A stretch of 26,341 nucleotides of DNA from Nitrospinaceae bacterium (GTDB lineage Bacteria > Nitrospinota > Nitrospinia > Nitrospinales > Nitrospinaceae), in assembly GCA_965223665.1 (NCBI GenBank), contig CBDCXH010000004.1:1-26341 (forward strand), read 5' to 3'. Position 1 is the first letter of the stretch, and every line of letters begins with the position of its first letter. The position numbers and the translations under genes are program-made. The notes under the pieces are model-generated. The model saw only the letters and a list, made by a program, of their open reading frames with translations, did not search any database and was not told the DNA's origin. Shown piece after piece: positions 1-8,900 of the stretch.

Positions 1-627
1 TTTTGGGCAAGAGTTAAAGTCCAACGTAATAGATTTGATTGGTAGAAATCACACAAATGAGAAAATAAACCGTAGGTCAATAAACTTAAGGCACTTTTGG
101 GTGTTAAAGCTCAAACTTCGAATGCGATCCCAGAGAAATCCTTGCTTTTCACGATCCCATTCTAAGTCTTTTAGGTTTATAGACAAATCCAATTTAGAGT
201 AAATTTCATTTAAAACGCAATCATCGACAATATCACTGACTTGATAATTAAGTGTCTCAATTTGCACCTGCAACCAGACGAGTCGATATAAGTTCCCACT
301 AATCTGATGCACTATCCGCATTAATAAAAGACTCCAGTTTTCCTGCTTTTCGATTTCCTGATAAACGCTTTTTCGTAATTTTGTGGTCAGCGGCCTTACA
401 GAAAAGCATGAAAAGTATTTATGAATATCCTCATAAACCTGAGCCAAGAGAAAATTGACTTGAATTGCTTCAAAAGGAGATGAACACCAAATAATAGGTG
501 GTGGTTTTTTGCCGAAAAACTGGTAAATTTCACACAACGAATTTTCAGCTTTTTCCCGATTGACTGGACCCGTGGCCCACTTTTGTTGTAGCCAGTTATT
601 TTTGAGGGTTGCAATTTCTTGATACAT
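1..627 (-). CDS. DUF6745-like protein, frameshifted near 95-100, runs off the left edge
   Basis: N-terminal TGPVNREKAE...IYQFFGKKPPPIIWCSSP matches the typical N-terminus of DUF6745-type proteins. RBS GAGAGGA upstream. The track ORF stops at 49, but a shifted frame stays open to base 1 (SALSLLTYGLFSHLCDFYQSNLLRWTLTLAQ). Confidence 0.6.
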
Positions 628-652
628 TTATCCTCTCTCTCGCTGTAGGGTT

Positions 653-979
653 TTAATCCTGGACATGGTTGTTTTTTTCAGGGGAGTATTCCCGTTGGCG
701 AATGACTTGATAAGCCCCTTTGGGTAATGAAATGGAATTATGTTCTTCGTGTTCTATAGGTACTTTGCTATTCACGACTAGTACTAAAAGGTTGTTATGG
801 CCTGCAAAGAGTTCTGCACCTTCTTTATTTATAGCGTGAGCATGGCCTGTGGCTTCACCTTCGGCTAAAACCAGTTTTTGGTCCCTGGAGTTTCCAACTT
901 TCTGTAGAGTGGGTTGATATTCTTGAAAGTATTTCCAACTAATTTCTCTCACTAAAACATCGCCTTGTCGATACTGCAT
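653..979 (-). CDS. Conserved ~108-aa His-rich protein (QGDV / EGEATGHAH / HEEH / LPxGxY / RQREY family), usual partner of DUF6745-like genes
   Basis: Motifs MQYRQGDVL, LAEGEATGHAH, HEEH, LPKGAYQVIRQREY. True start is ATG 979 with RBS GGGAGGA at 984-990; the track's extension to 1084 is unlikely. Confidence 0.8.
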   Translation of the reverse strand: MQYRQGDVLVREISWKYFQEYQPTLQKVGNSRDQKLVLAEGEATGHAHAINKEGAELFAGHNNLLVLVVNSKVPIEHEEHNSISLPKGAYQVIRQREYSPEKNNHVQD

Positions 980-1134
980 AGCATCCTCCCACATAAAAAA
1001 AATAACAATTGGATTTAAGATTGATTTAAAAAACACCAGGTTATGAACTAAAATAAATCTCTTCATACAACTCGTTTTTATCATTTACGGAAAGGAAAAG
1101 AAATCCAATTAGAAGGATGAATTGTCTTTGGGAA

Positions 1135-1191
1135 ATGGATGCATTTATTAATAAATTATTAAAATGAATAATTCATTTTGCATGCATCCAT
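1135..1191. promoter_or_regulatory. Nested palindromes in divergent promoter region (candidate operator)
   Basis: ATGGATGCAT (1135-1144) and ATGCATCCAT (1182-1191) form an inverted pair enclosing AAAATGAAT-A-ATTCATTTT (1161-1179). Confidence 0.45.
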
Positions 1192-1396
1192 ATTAATTAA
1201 TTTCCTTCTGGAATTTTTACTTTTTAAGTTTGAATGTTCAATCCATCTATTGTAGTAATGGATTCAAAATATTGTGTTTTGTTAAGTTGTTATTTTAAAT
1301 AAAGCAAATGGGAGATATTCATTCTTTTAATTTTCGAGGATAGTAAAAAATTAGCCCAGTGGTGCCATCTAAAATTTAGGTGAGTATTACCCGGCT

Positions 1397-1417
1397 CCTC
1401 AGAATTTAATTCTGAGG
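1397..1417. promoter_or_regulatory. Perfect 10-bp inverted repeat upstream of the 1489 gene
   Basis: CCTCAGAATT-T-AATTCTGAGG. Confidence 0.4.
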
Positions 1418-1488
1418 TTAAACTTTGAAAAATTAAGATCTGATATTTATTCAAGAATTAGTTTCTTAAAGGAAACAGTGGGAGAAGA

Positions 1489-2307
1489 ATGATGACAGAA
1501 TCCAGAGAATTAATTTTAAAGGCTAAATCCTTGAAGGAGGCGGAACAACTATTAGGCGATCAAATTCCAGAAGGTTTCTTTGTCAAATCGGGTGATGCGA
1601 GTTCCTATGGTCTGCTTGAGATGAAGACTTTTTTTGGAGAATCTGAGGATGAAGCTTTTGCGGAAGCTTTTACCTTAATATCACCCGAAGCCGAGATCCA
1701 GGATAAAACTTTATTAAATAAACCAGAGAGGCGGTATATTATCCTGAAAGAATATAGCGAACAAAGTGAGCCTGAGTTACATAAATTAATTAATCCTCAA
1801 CTTTCTGAAGGTGAGAAAATAGAATCCATTCAATTAAAAAAAACAGGAAGTAAAGGGTTTTTAGGTTTAGGACGTAGCCCTTACATTTATAATGTCGCTG
1901 TTGGAAAGCCAGCTACAGTCATAATTTCGTTTAGGGAACCGGTGGAGATAAAAATAAAAATTGAAGAACTTCCTTCGAAATCTGAACTCATATATTCTCT
2001 TGATGAATTGATAAGTAAGACTTCGAAGCAATGGCTAAAATTAGATAAACCGGTCCAGGGCCAAGGTCTTGCTTTATTGGTGATGCAAGGAGCTTTTGAA
2101 TTTTTAAAGAAGGAGGTGTCCGATCCTTTCAACATTATTCTTTCTGCAGCAAGGACAAAATTTAAAGATAATAAAAGCATTCAACTTTTTTCGCAATTGA
2201 AGCTTGGCCCTCCTGAAGTCTATGATGTGAATGATATCCCACTTGTGTCACAACAATTCAAGGAAGCAATTAATAGGATGATGCAACTTAGGGAAATCAT
2301 TTTTTAA
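1489..2307 (+). CDS. Hypothetical protein with Jag_N-like segments
   Basis: KAKSLKEA, FGESEDEAFAEA and KTGSKGFLGLGRSP..KPATV resemble the Jag/EloR N-terminal domain (GKTVEEA...KGFLGLG.KPA). No KH or R3H domain seen. RBS GGGAG present. Confidence 0.55.
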   Translation: MMTESRELILKAKSLKEAEQLLGDQIPEGFFVKSGDASSYGLLEMKTFFGESEDEAFAEAFTLISPEAEIQDKTLLNKPERRYIILKEYSEQSEPELHKLINPQLSEGEKIESIQLKKTGSKGFLGLGRSPYIYNVAVGKPATVIISFREPVEIKIKIEELPSKSELIYSLDELISKTSKQWLKLDKPVQGQGLALLVMQGAFEFLKKEVSDPFNIILSAARTKFKDNKSIQLFSQLKLGPPEVYDVNDIPLVSQQFKEAINRMMQLREIIF

Positions 2308-2495
2308 TGATTAAGTAAATTGAAAAACAAGTGGATTAAGGGAAAGATTTGATTTTATTTTAATATTTCTAATTTGCATAGATAAATAATTAAAATAAGT
2401 TTCCAAACTATGACAAAAGAGAAAAAGTTAGATTTTGATGATCTAAATCAAAAAATATTTATAGCTTGATTTGACGAAAACCTTTGATTCAAATT

Positions 2496-4682
2496 ATGAA
2501 TTTTTTAAAAGAATTATTCAATTTAAGAAAAACTAAACCTAAGCGTAAAAAAGAAGATCAATGGAGAAAAGGAGATTTGATCGGGGATCGTTATGAGGTT
2601 TATGATTTTAAATCTGGAGGAATGGGAATAGTTTACTTTTGCTATGATACCAAGTCTCAGGTTTCTGTTGCTCTTAAAACATTCCAAGACGCTTTGGAAA
2701 AAAACCCTTCCATAATGGGTCGCTTTTGTTCTGAAGCGGAAACCTGGGTGAGAATCGATAAACATCCCTTTGTGGTAAGGGCGGATTATGTGGAAAAAAT
2801 TTATAATCGACTATTTATTATTTTGGAATTAATCGTAGGTCATGAAAATTACGGAACAGATCTATCCGGTTGGATCAAGAAAAGAGGGCTAAGCATTAAT
2901 TTGGCTCTCCAATATGCCATTCAAATTTGCGGTGGCATGCTGCACGCTAAAAGGAAATTTGAAGAGATGGGCAAGGTTTTCGTTCATCGCGACCTCAAAC
3001 CAGGTAATATTTTAATAACCCAGGACAAACAGGCAAAGGTAACAGATTTTGGATTAGTAAAAGCTTTAGAGGATTCTTTTATGGAAAATATAACCTCTGA
3101 CCCAACATTAAAAAGGGGAAAGATTTCTTTTACAAATCTAGGAGAAGTCATGGGAAGCTTTTCTTATATTTCTCCAGAACAATGGTCAAAAGACAAGTTA
3201 GATGAACGCTCTGACATTTATTCGATGGGCTGTGTTCTTTATGAAATGTTTACTGGCCATCCCCCCTTTCATATTTCTAGTGTGGACGAATGGAAAAATT
3301 ACAAGGATGTTTCACCTGAGCCAATTGAAGATATTCCAAAAGAACTGAATGAAATAGTTTTGAAATGTTTGGGGAAAAAAAAGGTTGGTCGTTATCAAGA
3401 TTTTGAAAAATTAATGGAAGATCTTCAGGAAATATATTCTACAAGGAAGGGCGAGAAACTAAAAGTCGATTTTACAGAAACTGAATTAAATGCTGTAGAA
3501 CTTGGAAACAAAGGAGCTTCATTAAATTTCCTTGGATTCCAAAAAGAAGCAATAAAAATTTTTGATGAAGCAATAAATTTAGATCCCAATTTTGCTACGG
3601 CCTACAACAACCGGGGAAATGTTTATTTGGATATAAAAGAGCATCAACATGCCCTTGAGGATTATGATCGAGCCATAGCCCTCGATCCCAATTATGCTAT
3701 GGCCTACAATAATCGGGGAGCTGTTTATCATGATTTAAAAAAGTATCAGCAAGCCCTCAAGGAATTTAATCAAGCCATAGCCTTCGCCCCCAATTATGTT
3801 ATGGCCTACTATAACCGAGGAAATATATATAGGGATTTAAAGCAATATAAACAAGCCCTCGAGGATTATGATCAAGCCATTGCGTTCGATCCCAATGATG
3901 CTGAGGTCTACAATAACCGTGGTCTTGTTTATAGGGATTTAAAGCAATACAAGCAGGCTCTCCAGGATTTTGATCAAGCCATTGTGTTCGATCCCAATGA
4001 TGCTATGGCCTACAATAACCGTGGTCTTGTTTATAGGGATTTGAAGCAATATAAACAAGCCCTCGAGGATTACGATCAAGCCATTGCGTTCGATCCCAAT
4101 GACGCTGAGGCCTACAATAACAGGGGGAATGTTTATGCGGATTTAAAAGAGTATCAACAAGCCCTTGAGAATTTCGATAGAGCCATAACCCTCAATCCCA
4201 ATGACGCTGAGGCCTACAATAACAGGGGGAATGCCTATCTTGATTTAAAAATGTATCAACAAGCCCTGGAAGATTACGATCAGGCCCTATCCCTAGACCC
4301 CGATGATGCATTAGTCTACTATAATCGGGGAAATGTTTATAGGGATTTAAAAAAATATCAACAAGCCCTCAAGGATTATGATCGAGCCATTGCACTTGAT
4401 CCCAGTGTTGCTGAGGCCTACAATAACAGGGGGAATGCCTATCTTGATTTAAAAAAGTATCAACAAGCCCTGGAAGATTACGATCAGGCCATAAAACTGG
4501 ATCCCAATTTTTCTTTGGCTTACAACAACCGGGGAACTGCTTTTTTTTATATAGAAAATTTCAAAGAAGCATTAAATAATTATCAACTGTTCATTAAAAA
4601 AGCAGAAAATGTGCCAGAGTATGAAGGTTGCGTTGTTCAAGTAAAGGCGTTTATTGAAGAATTGAAATCAAAATTAAAATAA
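2496..4682 (+). CDS. Hanks-type Ser/Thr protein kinase with ~11 C-terminal TPR repeats
   Basis: GGMGIVY, VALK, HRDLKPGN, DFG, YISPE and SDIYSMG motifs, then 34-aa AYNNRG...A.EDYD.AI..DP repeats. No TM helix seen. Start ATG 2496 (or TTG 2484). Confidence 0.95.
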   Translation: MNFLKELFNLRKTKPKRKKEDQWRKGDLIGDRYEVYDFKSGGMGIVYFCYDTKSQVSVALKTFQDALEKNPSIMGRFCSEAETWVRIDKHPFVVRADYVEKIYNRLFIILELIVGHENYGTDLSGWIKKRGLSINLALQYAIQICGGMLHAKRKFEEMGKVFVHRDLKPGNILITQDKQAKVTDFGLVKALEDSFMENITSDPTLKRGKISFTNLGEVMGSFSYISPEQWSKDKLDERSDIYSMGCVLYEMFTGHPPFHISSVDEWKNYKDVSPEPIEDIPKELNEIVLKCLGKKKVGRYQDFEKLMEDLQEIYSTRKGEKLKVDFTETELNAVELGNKGASLNFLGFQKEAIKIFDEAINLDPNFATAYNNRGNVYLDIKEHQHALEDYDRAIALDPNYAMAYNNRGAVYHDLKKYQQALKEFNQAIAFAPNYVMAYYNRGNIYRDLKQYKQALEDYDQAIAFDPNDAEVYNNRGLVYRDLKQYKQALQDFDQAIVFDPNDAMAYNNRGLVYRDLKQYKQALEDYDQAIAFDPNDAEAYNNRGNVYADLKEYQQALENFDRAITLNPNDAEAYNNRGNAYLDLKMYQQALEDYDQALSLDPDDALVYYNRGNVYRDLKKYQQALKDYDRAIALDPSVAEAYNNRGNAYLDLKKYQQALEDYDQAIKLDPNFSLAYNNRGTAFFYIENFKEALNNYQLFIKKAENVPEYEGCVVQVKAFIEELKSKLK
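3580..4550 (+). repeat. Tandem 102-bp TPR-coding repeats in the kinase
   Basis: Recurring GATCCCAAT...GCCTACAATAACCG units at 102-nt period, several nearly identical. Confidence 0.9.
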
Positions 4683-4777
4683 TTGCTTGGAGCGCTTGAC
4701 TTCAAAAATAATAATTTTAATAATCAGTTGAATAAAATTATTTTTTTATTTCTTTTTAATCAACTCTATTAATGCAA

Positions 4778-5920
4778 TTATTCATTTCCTAACAGTTTCT
4801 CTAATTTGTCTGCCAACCCATTGCAACATAAAAGCTGATTAATCAAACCCAGGCGGATACAAGCAAGGACAAGTTCAGCTTTTTGGTCCCCCATAGCGAG
4901 AACTATCACACCTTTGGGTTTATTTTTGTTTTTGCTATTCTTGGAATTGTTAACGCAGTGCTTTAAATGATCCATAGTCAGAGTTGTGCATCGCTTTTGA
5001 ATTTGAGTTAAGGCTTTAATTTTTGTTGAATTTTTGGGAATAAGTACACCACCCAAATCTCCTAAAGCTAATTGGTTTAGTTGGGCGTCTTCTTTTATTT
5101 TTTTAGGGATCATTTCTTGATCTCCATAGCGAAACATTATTCCACCTCCCCCGAGGCTGGTTAACAACATATCCAACTGTTCGACTTTTGGTTTAGAAGG
5201 GTTCTTTTTTAATAAAGGACTTCCAAAAACTTTTTGGTAAGTTTCGACTTCAAAAATCATTTTCCGAATTCCCTTGAGTTCAGAAGCCGTTAAATTCATA
5301 GGTGAAATGAAAGCAGGAACCGCTGCTAAAGAAAAGGGTTCAGGTTTAGAGTTGCCATTGACAATTTTGTGAAGGCGGCAAGCTAAATTGGAACTAGAAA
5401 AATAACTGGGGGTGATTCCCAGTGGTTCTCCGGATAACGGGATAAATTCGGTTTTATTTCTTCGGGGTTTATTAATGATATATCCTTTTAAGGCCTTTGT
5501 AAGGCTGTCTAAATGAGTCCCCCAAGTAACCCCACAATGTCTGGAGGAGGAAAATAAATCTTTAACGTAACCCGCACATAAAGTGCCAAAGCGTTCCAAG
5601 CGCCACTTAGAAGAACCATTGGGCAATGTAAATACCCTTAGCCTAAAATTTGGATCTTGTGCCTCTTTGCATAATCGATTTTGTAATTCTTTCCTGGAGA
5701 TCCTATCCTGGACTAATTGCATGATTCCTTTAGGGTCGTCCTTATTTTCAATAAAAGTTTTAAAGGTTTTGATATAGGTGGTTCCATGATCTTTTAAAAT
5801 CCGATTCACTTTTGCTTGATTCAGCTTTAATGTATGGCTGATTTCCTCTTGTGTGTTTCCTTCCGCTGCCAACTTGCAAGCAGCAATTATATCAATTTGA
5901 GATTGGGGGATATTATCCAT
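4778..5920 (-). CDS. SorC/DeoR (LsrR-like) transcriptional regulator: HTH plus sugar-phosphate-binding domain
   Basis: N-terminal TQEEISHTLKLNQAKVNRIL HTH; GVTWGTHL, FIPLSG, DMLLTSLG, ALGDLGG and VLAMGDQKA...GLINQL typical of the sugar-binding domain. RBS AAGGAGG. Confidence 0.85.
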   Translation of the reverse strand: MDNIPQSQIDIIAACKLAAEGNTQEEISHTLKLNQAKVNRILKDHGTTYIKTFKTFIENKDDPKGIMQLVQDRISRKELQNRLCKEAQDPNFRLRVFTLPNGSSKWRLERFGTLCAGYVKDLFSSSRHCGVTWGTHLDSLTKALKGYIINKPRRNKTEFIPLSGEPLGITPSYFSSSNLACRLHKIVNGNSKPEPFSLAAVPAFISPMNLTASELKGIRKMIFEVETYQKVFGSPLLKKNPSKPKVEQLDMLLTSLGGGGIMFRYGDQEMIPKKIKEDAQLNQLALGDLGGVLIPKNSTKIKALTQIQKRCTTLTMDHLKHCVNNSKNSKNKNKPKGVIVLAMGDQKAELVLACIRLGLINQLLCCNGLADKLEKLLGNE

Positions 5921-5985
5921 AAACCCTCCTTAAACGATTTAGCAAAATTTAAAGGCCTTTGCTTGGTCGATAATATTAAAATGTC

Positions 5986-8900
5986 TTAGTATGTCATTCC
6001 CTTTAGAAGTCCATTCGAATCAAAATTAAAATTTTCTTGGACCACTCCATTCCGAATGTGAGCTATTTTGTCTTTGTCCCGTTTAATAACCCAATGTTCT
6101 CCATCGGCACGTTTAACTTCTTGTATGTTACCTTCAGAATCGTTATCAAATGTATCTGCTCTTTGATTACTATCTTCAAGTTTTACTAAGCTGCCATTTT
6201 CATAGGTATACTTTTGTTTAAACTTACCCTTTCGATTATTTATCGACCTCAATTCTCCTTTAGTGCCATAAGTAAATCGAATATCCTTTTCACCTGATCG
6301 GATTTTCTTAACCCTATTGTTTTTGTCATAGTGGTAAGACATTGTGGTAGAGTTTGATGAATCGCCAATGACCTCTTTTATTAATTGACCCTTTTCAAAA
6401 AAACGTTTCAACTCAACTAAACCTTCAGAAACCATTTTGTTGAGTTCCCCACTCTCGTTTTCATATTCAAAAGAACTTCTGATTTGTCCATTTGTCCCAT
6501 TATTACCGGTAAAATTGATTTTGATTAGATTGAAACTTTTGTTAAAAACCAATTCGGTCGTTTTATATTTTGTTTCTGTTTTTTCCATCCATTGATTGGT
6601 TTGAACAACTCCATTTTCAATAAGATTTCCATAAGTTTTTAGAAGTACAACTTTTTCACCATTGCGGATTCCTTTCAACTGACCCAACTCATCAAATATT
6701 AATGAGCGTTTTTTGCCTTCCTCATCAATCACTTCAATTTCTTGTTGGTCTTGCGAAAACTGGAGAGTTGTTTTCTTTCCATAGGAAGTTTGATGGTTTA
6801 TGGTTTTTAACATCCCGGAATCATAATATTCATAGCTGGATTGATTGCCGAAAGAATCAGACTGCTTCAATAATTTCCCCCCGATATCATAATGTTCCTG
6901 GCATTGTCATTTCGCCAAGAGTTTTAGTCGCAACCATGTGAGATCCTTTCTGTTGAATTTCGGTTGTCATCGTACCCCAATGTTTATTGTTTTCCTGGAT
7001 GACACGACCCAAATCATCATATTCCACGGAGGATATCTGTTCCCCATTATGCTGAATGGTAATTAATTGGTGTTTTGAGTTATATGAATATTCAGTGATC
7101 TTCTCTCCATGGGTGATTTTGGCAAGGTCTCCTTGTGTATTGTATTGATAAATAAACAATCCTTTTTCCGTTTCAGCATGCGTCACGCGATTCAAGGCAT
7201 CATAGGAAAAAGTGATTTTATGATTGGGTTTACCCTCAATTAACATTTGAATGCTTGCCAACCGATAGGAATCATCGTATTTATACGTATAGGTTTGAGA
7301 CTCGAATTCTTTTTGGATCAGGTTTCCCTTTGCATTAAACATTAGGACGGTTCCATTCCTATATTCCACTCGATTCTCATTTTTTGAAGTATTAGGTTTA
7401 AAAGAACGAATCCCCTGATTTTTTGGAATTCGGTAACTTATTCCCTCTTCTTTTTGTTCAACGGGAAAAGTTACGTTGTTCAAACCGAAGGGATGAACCA
7501 AGCGATAGGAGTGGTTAGCCAACTTTTCGCCTCCCGCATTATTGAGTAGGGGGGATAAAATTAAATAGGGAAGATCCCATTGCCAAGAAAATCCAAACGG
7601 CCCGGGAGAATTATGAAATGAAGAATAAGATCGCGAAATCAAACCTAACTCTTGGTCATTAAGAAGTTTTGCTCCAAAAGGCCGGGTTTGGGAAGTGGGA
7701 AGCGCCACCACTCTTTTTTTTCTTGCTTTCCCCGTTGGTAAACATTCCGGTTTCCACTTTGGCAGAAAGAGGAACAGCCTGAGTTGCGTTTTTCAAATAT
7801 TTTTTTATTTTTGTAGGATCTTCTTTGTAGAGTTTTACAGTCAGGTCGTTTCCTCCAAAAATGGAAATCCCTTTAGGCCAAGGATCTTTAGCAGTGAAAG
7901 AAGGTGTGCCTGTTTCAGTCTCATAAAAGGTTTCAAAATCCTTAAGCCAATCCAAATTAAGATTCACTTTTCTTAGTTTTAGCCATTTGGCTAGTGCCAC
8001 TAAATTGGCAAGAGATTTTACCTTTCTGAAAACAGGAAATTGTTCTGCATATTTGTCATAGTATTCTGTGAAGTGCCCAGCAAAGTATTCCGCTTTTTTA
8101 TCAATGTGATTTTTTCCCGCTGGGATCAATTTCCCTGTTTCATCGCTCCATCTCATAGTTTGAGTTTTTACGCGAATTTTTGTGTCTGTAAATGCAATGG
8201 AGTTCCCATCTTCTGTGAGTTGTACTACCACTCTGACAGGCTCCAACCAAAACCTTGAAAATAATTTCTTATCATGGTTCCCACCCATTTCGGTATATTC
8301 TAACTTTATTAAGTTGTGATAACCTTCTATGTCAGCGGAGACTGGTTGACGAGTGACATTATCCTCGCCCATGCTCAAAGCCTTCATCAGGCGATCCGAT
8401 TCCAAAAGGAGGTATCCGAAGTGTGTATTTTCCACTCCCCCAAAAAACTTGATCTCCATGCAATTTAAGGGAAGTTCTTTCCTCTGGTTTTTAACTTTCT
8501 TTTTACAATTCTCTGGATCCAAACCTTTGATATCCGCTTTCCCATGAGGGTTTTTGGGATTAGGATCAATGGTTACTCCAGGTTCGTGCAAATAATTACC
8601 AAACACGGTACGAAATGCTGTCGCTAAATGGTCCAAACGAACTGAAGATAAGGATCCTGTTTTAGAATCCGGACCAATGAAAAGAAGCCGCTGGCTATTC
8701 GGATCAAATGTGACGGTTTCAACTTCTCCGAGTTTGCCCAAAACCTCTGCAACCTTGTCTAAATAGACTCCGCCTACGTTGGGGCGTTGGTTTTTAAAAC
8801 TCGATAAATTTTTATAAGCGTAATATCCTCCTTTAAAACCTTTTTCTATTACTTTTCCTGCTTTCGATAGTTGGCCCCAATGGTTAGCAAAGGCAGCTCG

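Noticed and set aside
1355-1369. TGGCACCACTGGGCT on the minus strand as a third sigma-54 promoter
   Set aside because: GG-to-GC spacing is one base short and the TT is missing.
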